Source: Octopus vulgaris
Taxonomy: Eukaryota
DNA length: 64,000 nucleotides
Direction of reading: 5' to 3'
NCBI GenBank assembly: GCA_951406725.2
Contig: OX597814.1
Span: 102,858,001-102,922,000 of the forward strand
In this document: one piece after another, positions 52,951-64,000 of the stretch
Position numbering within the stretch: the first letter of the stretch is position 1
How the letters are laid out: each line of letters opens with the position of its first letter
The notes under the pieces: model-generated
The model's input: the letters and a program-made list of their open reading frames with translations, nothing else
Databases searched by the model: none
What the model was told of the DNA's origin: nothing
Translations under genes and position numbers: made by a program

Positions 52951-53129
52951 GCATCTGATTTCTCCCTTTACTAAGTTACTGGATATACAGCAAAATTGTA
53001 AGATAGAATTGTGTGCATTACTGAATTTTCAATTGAAGTTAAATTTACATAAAAGTAGGTGTACCCTGAAGGTAAAATATGAAATAGTGGAATTTATGCT
53101 CAATTTTGTATCATTTCAATTCTCACTGC

Positions 53130-54660
53130 TCACCATGCATATGGCAATTTATTATTACTTCTCATTATTCGCATTTCCTTGGAGATAGCCCCATTAGCCA
53201 CCACTACCTGACTTCTCTCTTCTAGAAAGTCATGTAGCCATTCTCCAAGTTTTCCAACTATACCAAGATTACATAATTTGTGACATATCGTACCATGGTC
53301 GACTTTGTTATAGGCTTTTGCAAAGTTAGGATATATCGTGTCCACATTTGAGTTGTTGAGCAGCTGCTTTAATACCCAGTCATAGTACAGCAAGAGCTGT
53401 GTCAGGCAGCTTCTACCTGGTTGAAAGCCATGCTGGTTGTCAGCAAGTCATTCTCTTCAAGAAATGCAATTAGTTTCCTTCAGACTATTCATTGCAAGAT
53501 GTGCTGATGTGTGCAGCCAATAGTTTTTAGCATTTACTCTGCTTCCTCCTTTATGAATAGGATATATTATTCCCTCTTTCAGTTTGTCCAGGAGCTTACC
53601 ATTTGCAAGGAAGCTTTGAAAAAGAAGTTGCAGTAGTTTTGCAAGGACTCAGTTGCATGACTTGAGGAGGATTGCTGGGAATTCATTGGGGCTGAGTTTG
53701 CATCTACATCATCTTCTTTGATGTTGTTGTAATTCAGTTGTTACTGCCTCTCTTTTTACATTTGTAGTGGTAAAGAATTCTAGAGGTTTCTTGACTTGCA
53801 TGTGCCAGAAGGTTGAGGTGAAGACACTTTTGAATTGTTTATTCAATGTTTCACTTATCCTCACTGTGTTTCCCATGAAGGAACCATCTTTTTTAGAGGA
53901 GGGGTACTAGTTTCCAACACACACAGGCAGTTTTTATGGCATATTTAAAGAAGGCTTTAGGTTTGATTTTATATTTCTTATAACCCAGGCTTCTTTATCT
54001 TCTCTTTCTTTTTCGTGGGAACATTTCAGGTGTTCCTCAATCTCCAGCTGTTTCCAGGTGAGATTTTTCACTGCCGTTTAGTATTCTGTTGAGGTAGTTT
54101 GCAGTCTTTGTATGCTATCTCATAAGAATTTTTTTCTCCCTGAGAATCTAGTTCTTATGTGCAGTGGCTTTTCCCTCTGGAACAATCTTATAGCATATGG
54201 CTTGCATTATGGACATAAATTGTTTGAATTTCATATCAGTGTCAGGTGTAGATAGACATTGGGGTCAATCCTGTTTGGTGATCTCTTTCTCAATTGATTT
54301 CCAGTCTGGTTTGTGGAAGTTCAGATTGGATAGATTTTGGGTGCTTCTCATAAGCTACATGTCTTTGGTATGTACATGGTCAGCTCTATTGTATTGTAGT
54401 CCAAGATTAGTGTCACTTTCACATTATGGATGAGATCCATATTGTTTATGAAACAGAGACCAAGTATATTGTTTGCCCTGGTTGGTTGGAGTATTACTTG
54501 CTCCATATATAACTTGTTGGTGAGGTTGACTCCACTTGGCTTTGTTCACATCATGTCATTCCTGAAAGGAAAAGGCCCTCAGGCCACTCTACATTGGGCA
54601 AGTTGAAATCTCCCATGAGAAATACACAGATGTTTAATTCCAACTTGGTTAAAACTTCTA
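53130..54660 (-). mobile_element. CR1/L2-like LINE ORF2 fragment
   Basis: VFLMGDFNLPNVEW (endonuclease) and QHGFQPGRSCLTQLL..VDTIYPNFAKAYNKVDH..WLHDFLEERSQVV (RT). Confidence 0.88.
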
Positions 54661-55315
54661 TTCTTGCAAGGCAGTCTTCGAAGTCAACAAAAGCCAAGTA
54701 CAGAGATTTATCTTTGGCTAGGCTAACTCTCTCCCTAATTAGTTGGGCTATGACCCTCTCTGTAACTTTCATCACCTGATCCAATAATTTGATACTCCTG
54801 TAGTTATTTCTATCTAAAGCATCACCTTTACCTTTGTAGCAGTTGACTATGGTGCTGCTATGCTAGTCATTGGGTATGACTCCTTCATGAACTACCTGAT
54901 TTACGATGCGGGTGACAAGACCATAACCCACACCACCTGATATTTTTAAGCATCACAGCAGTGATTCCTGATGGGAAGTGCTTTCCTTGTCTTCATATCC
55001 TTAATTGCTTTATCTCCCTGATTTATCTGCTGTCTATTCGGATAGCTGGTCCCTCAATTAGGTCAACATTTGGCAGACTCTCCTCCTCCCATTCATTCAC
55101 CCCATTCAGCAGTCTTTCATAATGGTTTCTCCAAGCCTCTTTCTTTGCAGAATCATTAAACACAAAGGCACCAATCCATGCGGATACATTTATTTCGTAT
55201 GACATCATGGTTTTCTCTCACATATTGTCTTGCTATCCGAACTACTTCAGTTCTTTGGTCCTCATGTTACTGAACATTGGCAAACTTCTTCTTTTCTGCT
55301 ACTCCCTTGGCTAAT
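54660..55315 (-). mobile_element. RTE LINE RT N-terminal fragment
   Basis: AKKEAWRNHYERLLN..EGPAIRID and MDQVMKVTERVIAQLIRERV..LYLAFVDFE. Confidence 0.85.
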
Positions 55316-55809
55316 AGTTGTGAAGTGAAAAAAATATTTTAAGAGTTGAACAAAATAAATTTCATGTTAAGAATTGTTGGGCAATTGTTTATCTAGTAAA
55401 GCTTCAAAATAACAGGATTTGTAATGAAATTCTAATTTAAATAAGACTAGGTTATTTCAGGTAGGTTCAACAAGGAAACTGAGCTGTCATTTTTTACACT
55501 AATTATACCAGCAAAGCAAAGCTTGCCTTTGCATAAGATCTAAACTGTCTTCCTCTTGCCTGCAGTGGAACAAGTTTCAAATTGTCAGCTGTTTTACACT
55601 CCATGAATCTTTATTCATCATCATTCAACATTTGTTTTCCATGCTGACATGGGTTGGACTGCCTTCATAAACCTTTCGTATTCTTCCAAGAACTTGACTG
55701 AATACTGAGAACAAAGGAATCTACTTCTACCATCTGGCAAGAAGTGTACTGGAAAGATAGTTACTTTTGATACATGTTCTTCATATTTTCTAATGCAGGA
55801 GCTGCCTAA

Positions 55810-56016
55810 CTGGCCCCTGTGCCGGTGACATGTAAAAAGCACCCACTACAGTCTTGGAGTGGTTGGTGTTAGGAAAGGCATCTAGCTGTAGAAACTTTGC
55901 CAGATCAGATTGGAGCCTGGTGAAGCCTCCTGGCTTGCCAGTCCTCAGTCAAACCATCCAGCCCATGCCAGCATGGAAAGCAGATGTTAAGCCATGATGA
56001 TGATGATGATGATGAT
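55810..56016 (+). repeat. RTE 3'-UTR-derived repeat just upstream of a kinase exon
   Basis: aggaaaggcatctagctgtagaaac...catgccagcatggaaagcagatgttaa followed by (gat)n. Confidence 0.85.
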
Positions 56017-56127
56017 ATATTCAAATCTCTTTCCTAATCTTTTTCGTCAACTCTAACAAGAAATGTCTTTAAAACATACTATTCCATAAGACTGACATTT
56101 TTTTTACCTATTTTTCTCTCTTTTCAG

Positions 56128-56304
56128 GAAAACTCGACACTTAAACATCTTATTATTTATGGGTTACACCATTGAACCTCAGCTTCAGATTGTCACTCAG
56201 TGGTGTGAAGGGTCAAGTCTTTACAAACGTTTACATGTAGAAGAAACCAAGTATGATATGTCTCAGTTAGTTGAAATAGGTCGTCAAACTTCACAAGGCA
56301 TGGA
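56128..56304 (+). CDS. BRAF: RAF kinase exon: dimer interface and hinge
   Basis: tttcag| [58 protein letters not shown](D) |gtaagt. 177 nt, phase 2-2. Confidence 0.97.
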
Positions 56305-57617
56305 GTAAGTTGGCACTTTGTTTCTCCTTTTAATACAAATTTTATTTAGCCATTTCAAAGAAAGAACTGCTTCTGCTACATAGTGGTTAAGTATAACAAA
56401 AGTAAATGAAATTGTCAATATGTTTATGTTATAGGGGGATAATATATATATATTACATACAAGAGATTTGTATTTGGTTAAATTTGAAAGACTTGTTAGC
56501 ATTTTGAGTTCTTTTGAAGAGGAAATAGTTCAGTGGAGATTGTACTTGAATAAGCAAACTGATAGTTGTATCAAATATTTAAGAATTCCCACTACATGCT
56601 TACTACAAGAACAGTTGTGAATTGTCCATAAATGAATCTGAAGGTTTTGTGCATTAAATTAAGTACAATTTTTGTTTTAAAAATTATTATTTTCATTCTG
56701 TAAATTAAGAAAGTTAATTTCAAGTGTTTCTTTTTACCTTTTTTTTACTTAAACCTGCAGCTGAGCAAATAAGGAATTCTACAGGATCAGGAATAGCAAA
56801 CCAATATTTTTTTGACTCAAAAGATCTTATAGACATTATAAGTCCCAGAAAATATCAACTGGTGGGACATAAACCACATATCAACAACAGCAAGTGATAG
56901 ATATGTGGTTGATGTCCCACCAGTTGATATTTTTTGTTTGTTTCATTTTTTTAAACTTTTTTTCTTTTTCTTTTTACAATGCCTAGTATTATTTAGTGGA
57001 GTGTCTTTCATACATGATCTTGTTTGTACCTGGATACCAGTGATGTTACATGGGGATCAACCTTTACCCATCCTCCCTGATTCACCTGTCTTCACAATCT
57101 CTTGGACGTTACTTTGGATATACCCTGGCTCCTTATCATCATCTTATCTCTCCTCCTGCCCATACACCATTCTACCTACCCATGTATTACATGGGGGTAA
57201 CACTGCTTTTCCTCCTGTTCGGCCCTACCCCTATCTTCTCTCTCTCTCTCATGTTCTCACTTTCCCTCTTTTAACCCCCTTCCCTAACATTGTCTCTGTT
57301 ATTGTCTTTCCTACTACCCTCTTTCAACAATAAAACTGTCTAACCAATAAGAACTTTTTGGACCCTGACAAACAGCCAGCACCTGCTGGTATGGCAGACA
57401 GACTGACCAGTCCATCACTGGCTCCACCTACTTAACCTTGTCCGCTCGTCCCACCCCATCCCATTACCATTACCACCTTGTCCATCCCTTCCACACAAAA
57501 CCCTGATATTACTCTTATCCTCCATTACCATCCTCTTGCAAGAAATTCGTTCCATCAATCATGGATGTTCTCTTTTGCTTTGCAAGTTACAAGGCAAACC
57601 CCGACAGTGCTCATGTA

Positions 57618-57950
57618 ATCATCATCACCATTGTTTAACGTCCATTTTCCATGCTAGCATGGGTTGGACGGTTCGACTGGGGTCTGGGAAGCCAGGAGGC
57701 TGCACCAGGCTCCAGTCTGATCTGGCAGTGTTTCTACAGCTGGATACCCTCCCTAATGCCAACCACTCTGTGAGTGTAGTGGGTGCTTTTTATGTGTCAC
57801 TAGCACAGGGGCCAGAGGAGGCTGGCAAATGGCCACGATCGGTTGGTGCTTTTTACATGTCACTGGCACGGACTCCAGTCAAGGCAACGCTGGCATCGGC
57901 CACGTTCGGATGGTGCTTTTTACGTGCCACCGGCACAGGTATCACAACTA
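57618..57950 (-). repeat. RTE 3'-UTR-derived repeat (inverted relative to 55810)
   Basis: catcat..tttaacgtccattttccatgctagcatgggttggacgg..ctacagctggataccctccctaatgcc. Confidence 0.85.
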
Positions 57951-58474
57951 CAAAAAAAAAAAAAGACTAGTACACTCTAACATGGTCAGTGTTAGGAAGG
58001 GCATACAGCTGTTGAAAAGAAACCCCAAAAAGGACATAAGTGAAACATACTCCTCCTGTTAAGAACTGATTTGGGCTATAATAGGCACATAACCCATGAG
58101 AAGTAGATACACTGATGATAATGTGTGGGTTTTCCCCAGAATGTTTTCACATTGACAGCTTTGAATGGTAGTGATGTTTATATCCAGCAGCATAGGGTAG
58201 TTTGACATGTGAAGACCTGGAATAATCTGTGTTTTAAATAACTTACTTGAAAACAAGGGTTGATATCTAGAAAGGCAACACAGAATGCAGAATACTATCA
58301 CAAGAAATCTCATCCAGTCCGTGTAGCAGAGAAACAACAGACATAAAAATGATGATGATAACAATGACAATGGTGGCAACAACACTTTTTGTCAGGAACC
58401 CTTTTTCTTGAAAGAATGATGTGAAAATTAGTTAAACATGTGTTATATAATTTTTCATTTTCTTTTTTTTACAG

Positions 58475-58521
58475 TTATTTACATGCAAAGTTTATCATTC
58501 ATAGAGATTTGAAGTCCAACA
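58475..58521 (+). CDS. BRAF: RAF kinase exon: catalytic loop HRDLKSN
   Basis: ttacag| YLHAKFIIHRDLKSN |gtatccttt. 47 nt, phase 2-1. Confidence 0.97.
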
Positions 58522-58630
58522 GTATCCTTTTAAAATTTCATTGTAAATTTAGATATTTTAAACATTTGTGTAATGATTTTGTTGAGAAAACTAATATTAG
58601 AGTTGTTTTGTTTAATTTTATTTTTAAAAT

Positions 58631-58631
<1 letters not shown>

Positions 58632-58684
<53 letters not shown>

Positions 58685-59417
58685 CAACTTGTGTGTCTGT
58701 GTGTGTATCTGTGTGTTTAACTTCCCGGCACATCTCCTAGCCAACAAATCGTAGAACCACCAAAAATGGGTCATTAAAGTTTAGGCGAATGAAAATTGAA
58801 CTGCGCTATTTCTGTTCCGAAATTCATCTTGCAAGTGCAAAAATCGATAATGTGTTTGTTTAGGCCTTATCTCATGCATTGAATAGTAAACTTTACTCAG
58901 TCAGCTGTTTGACGTGAACTGTGTTCACCATGCGTGCAAGCATGTGTAAATTGCATGAAAAATAAAAAAAATCAAGATATAAAAACGAATCACCATAAAC
59001 GTTGTAGAAATTCGGCAAAGAAATGAATTTTCGGGATGTAGCCTGGAGGGATTTTTTCGTATTAATATATATATATATATATATATATTTCATCATATAT
59101 ATATATATGTATGTATGTATATATATATACATATATATATACATATGAGAGTATGATAGAAGAAGGCTAACTCTTCCTTCTGTAGAAGAAAAGATTCAAA
59201 TCGGACCATGTTAACACCAAAAATTATTTACATCAAAAAGATGCCTTTTTTCTATGAAAATCCCTATTTTTTATGATGTTTTGACTGCTGTGTCGCCATT
59301 TTTCAGTGTATTTCACTTAAAGAGAATAACAAACTACATACTGCCAAATTTTTACTTTTCAAAAAATTCCAATTCTAAAGGGTCTAAACAAATCGCAACG
59401 CCGGGCAATACTGCTAG
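58632..59417 (+). mobile_element. Non-autonomous Helitron-like element
   Basis: 5' (AT)n-aaaattcaacttgtgtgtc shared with the 24368 copy. 3' end gcaacgccgggcaatactgCTAG|t. Confidence 0.78.
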
Positions 59418-59638
59418 TATATAATAATATGTTATGAGAGGTAATGGTGTCAATAAGAACCAAAGGTGTCAGGTAATGCTAAGTGCTATGGACAGACTAT
59501 AGTTAAGCTCCAGGTTCGGTGATTATGCGATTGTGGAGTCCAACGTAGGTCATATATCAACATGTGTATGTATAAAAAAATTTTCAGAATGTGATAAAAA
59601 TCCAAGACTGTGAAAGATTTTAGAATATTTATAAAGAG

Positions 59639-59686
59639 GTCTTACAGCTGTTTCCGGGATATTTTATATATCCCTTAATCGGAGAC
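59639..59686 (-). ncRNA. Minimal type-I hammerhead-like motif (core variant CCGAUUA)
   Basis: Minus strand reads gtct-CCGATTA-a-gggatat-ataaa-atatccc-g-GAAAC-AGCT-GTA-agac. Confidence 0.6.
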
Positions 59687-60859
59687 AGTGTGAAAAAATG
59701 GTTAAGCAATAGTTAAATTAGATAAGATATGATATAGTGAGTGAAGTGGAGGAATGAAAATAGACGTGAAATATGCGGGGATAATGCATCTGTAGATCCA
59801 TTATTTATGCAGAATGGTATACATTTAAGATTCCAGTACCTTGTGACTAAGTTCCAATAGTATTTAAAATTGGTCATTCCAAGTATAGAGTTTGTAAAGG
59901 GCGTTATTGAATTGAGGGTTGGGAATGTATTTATAAGGTCAAATAAAAAACAGCAAGAAACAAAGAAAAGAAAAAAGAAAAGTGAAGAGAGAGATAATAA
60001 AGAGATGAAGAGAGGGTAAGTGTACTGGTTAGTGGTCAGTCAAGATAAATTGATAGAAAGAAAGATATACCTGCATGTGCAGGGCGATAATACATACAGA
60101 TACACGTATATATGGGTATACATATATACATGTACATTATGAGTACAAGTTGTATGTGTAGATGTTAATATGTATAAATATCTATATAAATATATATATG
60201 CATGTTTAATATATGCATCTGTATACATCTTCACGTATATATTTTCTTCTACTACTAAGCACTGACCTGTCCAACCAACCTAATCTATATTTCCAAATTC
60301 CCCTCACTTAGGCTCTATCACTACATATCTGACACTCCTTCACTCTTTATACTCTCATACCTTTCTCTGTCATCCATCACCCCCTCATTCCTTCTATCTG
60401 ACACTCCTTTAGTCTTTACCCTATCATCTTTTTACACTCTCATTTCTTTATCTCTCTATCACCCTCACATTCCTGTTCCTTCTATCAATTTATCTTGACT
60501 GACCACTAACCAGTACACTTTCCCTCTTTTCATCTCTTCATTATCTCTCTCCCCACTTTTTTCTTTTTTTTTTCTTCTCTTTGTTCCTCTCTTCCTGTTT
60601 TCAATTTGACCTTATAAATACATTCCCAACTTTTAAGTCACTTTAAATAAAATCCTCTATTCAATAACACCATGTACAAACTCTATATTTGGAACTTACT
60701 CACAAGGTACTGGAATCTTATATGTATACCATTCTGCCTAAATAATGGATCTACAGATGCAATGTCCTTACATATCTCACGTCTATTTTCATTCCTCCAC
60801 TTCACTCTCTATATCATATCTTATCTAAAATAACTACTGCTTAACCATTCTCTCACGCT

Positions 60860-60907
60860 GTCTCCAATGAAGGGATATATAAAATATCCCGGAAACAGCT
60901 GTAAGAC
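60860..60907 (+). ncRNA. Minimal type-I hammerhead-like motif (core variant CCAAUGA)
   Basis: gtct-CCAATGA-a-gggatat-ataaa-atatccc-g-GAAAC-AGCT-GTA-agac. Stem I is gtct/agac, stem II is a perfect 7 bp, and the stem III loop is palindromic. Confidence 0.6.
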
Positions 60908-61149
60908 CTTTTTATAAATGTTCTAGAATCTTTCAAAGCTTTGGATTTTTATCTCATTCTGAAAATTTATATATATATATATATATATATACACAGGATT
61001 TGATCTTCTCAAAAGACAAAAGGAAAAACAGAAACTAGATGTTAAAACCATTTACCATCAGTATTCAATGCCTTCACAAACTATTTCATCAAGCCAATCT
61101 TGACATGGAATGGGAGCAAGATTATCTATTCTCAGCTTACCATTGAGTC

Positions 61150-62708
61150 ATTCACACTGTTTGGTATGCCATTACAAATGGGCCACCCTTTCTGGCTCCA
61201 GTGTTTCTTTCAAGCTCTGCTGTCCCACATGTACTGCTGACTAAAGAGGAAATTGACCATTTTCATGTCCACACAAATGGTCCAGTTGTGCTTGTGATGT
61301 TCGAGTATGTCAACAACTATTTTTTCCATGTCATTATGTTCTTCTCACAAATACACAACTGACCAACTGGACTGCCCCATAAACATTGCCATTGTGCAAG
61401 TGGAACATGCTTGAGGCTGCACTGAAAGGTATCCAGAAATAATTGCCACTCTGTTGGACTATATGTGGTAACACCTAAATTGCCTGAGAAATCCTGGGAT
61501 ATCATGGCAGTTAACAAACTGCTTGTCTTCTTAAAAAAGATCACAAAAGTCTGGTCCCACTTTCAGAAATATGAATCTTTTGCCAAGTACTCTTTTATTT
61601 ATTTATTTACTTGTTTCACACATTTGACTGCAGCCATGCTGGAGCACTGTCTTTAATAGAAGATATCAACCCCAGGACTTTGTAAACCTAGCACTTGGTC
61701 TCTTTTGCCGAACTGTTAAGTTATGGGAACATAAACACACCAACATCGGTTGTCAAGCGATGGTGGGGTGGGACAAACACAGACACACAAACATACATTA
61801 TATATATACAACAGGCTTCTTTCAGTTTCCATCTGGAGGGTACTGAATCATGCACAAAGTCATATTCTGTTTGGATAACTGCTGAGGGACTGATTACAAT
61901 GGTATCAGATGAGGAATCTTTGGATTCTAAAACCGTTTCTTGAAGCTCATTATCAAAATCTTCATGTTTCTCCTGTTCACTCCCTTTGTCTTCAGATGAG
62001 GCAAAACCATTAAAAACGGGAACTGGCAGTTCCTCATAGTGTGGAATAGGTTGAATTGTTGAGCGAATACAAAGATAAAAGATCTGATGCTAATTTTTTC
62101 TTGCCAAAACGTTCATGGTGATCAAGCAGAAACAGCAGTCTGTATATGTTGTCCTTGTGTTTTCACCAAACCATAGAAACTCCAAAAGCAGGCCCTTTCA
62201 TTTTCATTCTGTCTAGTTATGAACCATTTCCTCACAATTGTGACCCACAATATGAAGAGCCCATTTCTGGTCTTGGTTTTTCGGGAGAACTTGAGAGTAA
62301 GCTTTATAGGGCACCGCTCCTCACAATGTTGTACTGTGCCTTTGATGAAGTGCAAAGCAGCAGCAGCCACATACATAACAGTGTATTTACACATGTCTAC
62401 TTAAAGAAACTATTTAAGATTTGAAACAAGAGAAACAGCTGTTGTTTTTGTGTAAATCAGATAAATCTCTAAAATCCAAAATTAACTTTAAAAATAAAGA
62501 AAATATATCTTTAAAAAAAGAAATTGCCTAATTAAGGTTAAGGTACATCTAAAAAGCAATGTGTTCCTTTTTTTTTTTTGTGAAAATAAGTTTCAAATTG
62601 CATATTGAGGGAAACCTATTTCATATTTGAAATCAGCATTGACAAATGAATAGAATTAGTGGGAAAATTTCATGTAACAGAAAATATGAAGAAATTTGTT
62701 GCCCATTG
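61150..62708 (-). mobile_element. Decayed DNA transposon, Chapaev3 (CMC)-like, interrupted by a SINE tail (~61590-61835)
   Basis: Minus-strand remnants QDQKWALHIV, STIQPIPHYEELPVP, PTEWQLFLD..SLKHV and WDSRA..HW; terminus caatgggcaacaaa. Family named from remembered motifs. Confidence 0.6.
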
Positions 62709-63134
62709 TTATCTTTCTCCATATTAATCTGTGGTGCAAGTAACATGAATTATCTTTATCTCTTAATTGTGATACAGGTAACATGAATAAATTCTATGCC
62801 CCCTCTTCCCCATATAATGACAGTTGCTTTAGTGTTCATTGACTAACAAATCTGTTTTAATTGTAATGAGTCATGTTTAAGGTAGATGTTTCTAGAAGCT
62901 GATCTTATTAAAAATTTGTTGTATTCACTTCATGTTGGGATGGTTTAATTACAATCTGTCTAACCCGTTCTAACCTAAATAAATGTTTATAAAACCCATG
63001 GAAATATGTCTATGCTTCTAGGTGCTGCTTCAACTCTTGTCTATTAACTCAACAAACAATATTTTTAAAATTCATTTATTGATTAGATGTTAACACAAAA
63101 ACAAAATGATTTCCCTTAAATTATTGCTCTCCAG

Positions 63135-63253
63135 ATATATTTTTGACAGAAGACTTCACTGTCAAAATTGGTGACTTTGGTCTTGCAACTGTGAAAGCTC
63201 GATGGAGTGGATCCCATCAATTCCAACAGCCAACTGGTTCCATTCTGTGGATG
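63135..63253 (+). CDS. BRAF: RAF kinase exon: DFG and activation segment
   Basis: ctccag| (N)[39 protein letters not shown] |gtaaaa. 119 nt, equivalent to the human V600 exon. Confidence 0.98.
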
Positions 63254-63443
63254 GTAAAATTATTTTTTAATAAAATCTAATCAGTTAAACTTGATATCAT
63301 TTTGAAATTTGTTTCATATTTGCTTTGGGATTTAATTTGAGAATAACTACACTAGAAATACAAAAAATTAGAAAAACTTGTTAAATTATATATTTTTATT
63401 GAAAATATGTTGATGCTACTATAAATATTGGTGTTTCCTGCAG

Positions 63444-63575
63444 GCTCCTGAAGTAATAAGGATGAAAGATGACAACCCTTACACATTCCAATCTGATGTG
63501 TATGCGTATGGTATTGTCTGTTTTGAGTTGATGACCAGCTCACTGCCATATTCTCACATCAACAATAAGGACCAG
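63444..63575 (+). CDS. BRAF: RAF kinase exon: APE to alphaF/G
   Basis: ctgcag| [44 protein letters not shown] |gtaaga. 132 nt. Confidence 0.98.
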
Positions 63576-63810
63576 GTAAGAGAAAAGTTTTCAAACAATA
63601 TACAGAATATACATGTGCATTTTAAAGTCATTATCATTTCAGATTTCTTCAAATTATTGAACCTTTGCTTAAAAATATCTTCATTGCAGTATTGTTGAAC
63701 TATTTGTCCTCTCAATTACATTTAACTTCTTGTGGAAGCTATTTGTTGTACCAGCTTTACTATTAAAATATTCATAATTTTTGAAAAACTTCTCTCTCTC
63801 TCTCAATTAG

Positions 63811-63945
63811 ATCCTCTTCATGGTTGGTAAAGGCCATATACGACCTGACCCCAGTAAATCCAGATCAGATACACCCAAAGCTTTCAAACGTTTGATGATG
63901 GAGTGCTGTAAATACGATCGAAATGAAAGGCCTCTATTTCCACAG
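63811..63945 (+). CDS. BRAF: RAF kinase exon: C-lobe (the gene continues beyond the window)
   Basis: aattag| [45 protein letters not shown] |gtatgc. 135 nt. Confidence 0.97.
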
Positions 63946-64000
63946 GTATGCAAGGGAAAACTTTTAAATGTGGTAGTTAGGGTTAATGTATTAATCACAT

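Larger units (their letters stand above)
59578..60968. mobile_element. Long inverted repeat (~480-bp arms), probable Penelope-like retroelement pseudo-LTR remnant
   Basis: 59578-~60059 is the reverse complement of ~60480-60968 with scattered mismatches and indels. Each arm carries a hammerhead-like motif. The inverted repeat is directly seen; the family assignment is inference. Confidence 0.7.
58522..63134 (+). other. U12-type (minor spliceosome) GT-AG intron
   Basis: Donor GTATCCTTT is an exact U12 consensus. A branch-site-like TTCCCTTAAA at 63111-63120 lies about 15 nt before the AG, with little pyrimidine tract. Confidence 0.92.

Noticed and set aside
54551-54784. Novel RT-endonuclease fusion ORF
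   Set aside because: Chance in-frame junction of an RTE fragment and a CR1-like fragment near 54660.
62432-62443. GAAACAGCTGT matching the hammerhead 3' half
   Set aside because: No stem II or 5' core, and the triplet would be GUU; lies inside the DNA transposon remnant.

Overview
Eukaryotic, AT-rich, repeat-dense genomic DNA. The SINE and RTE-LINE families resemble those of octopod cephalopods; this is inferred from remembered repeat families, not from a search. One + strand gene spans almost the whole window: a B-Raf-type RAF serine/threonine kinase. I assembled 14 well-supported coding exons (5641-63945) with consistent splice phases, plus a tentative first coding exon. They encode the BRS helical domain, Ras-binding domain, C1 zinc finger, CR2 14-3-3 site and most of the kinase domain; the last exon lies beyond the window. 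The intron 58522-63134 is U12-type (GTATCCTTT donor). Introns are filled with decayed RTE and CR1-like LINEs, tRNA-derived SINEs, Tc1/mariner, hAT, Chapaev3-like and Helitron remnants. The most notable observations are: (i) a ~480-bp-arm inverted repeat inside the U12 intron, each arm carrying a minimal hammerhead-ribozyme-like motif with a palindromic stem III (Penelope-like), with a third related motif near 12.1 kb; (ii) a 779-bp foldback element with an 8-bp target-site duplication and telomere-like repeats; (iii) a probable in-frame alternative hinge exon; (iv) unusual RAF substitutions (RBD QR>QF, activation loop TVKS>TVKA). Most ORFs in the supplied track are spurious or transposon-derived.
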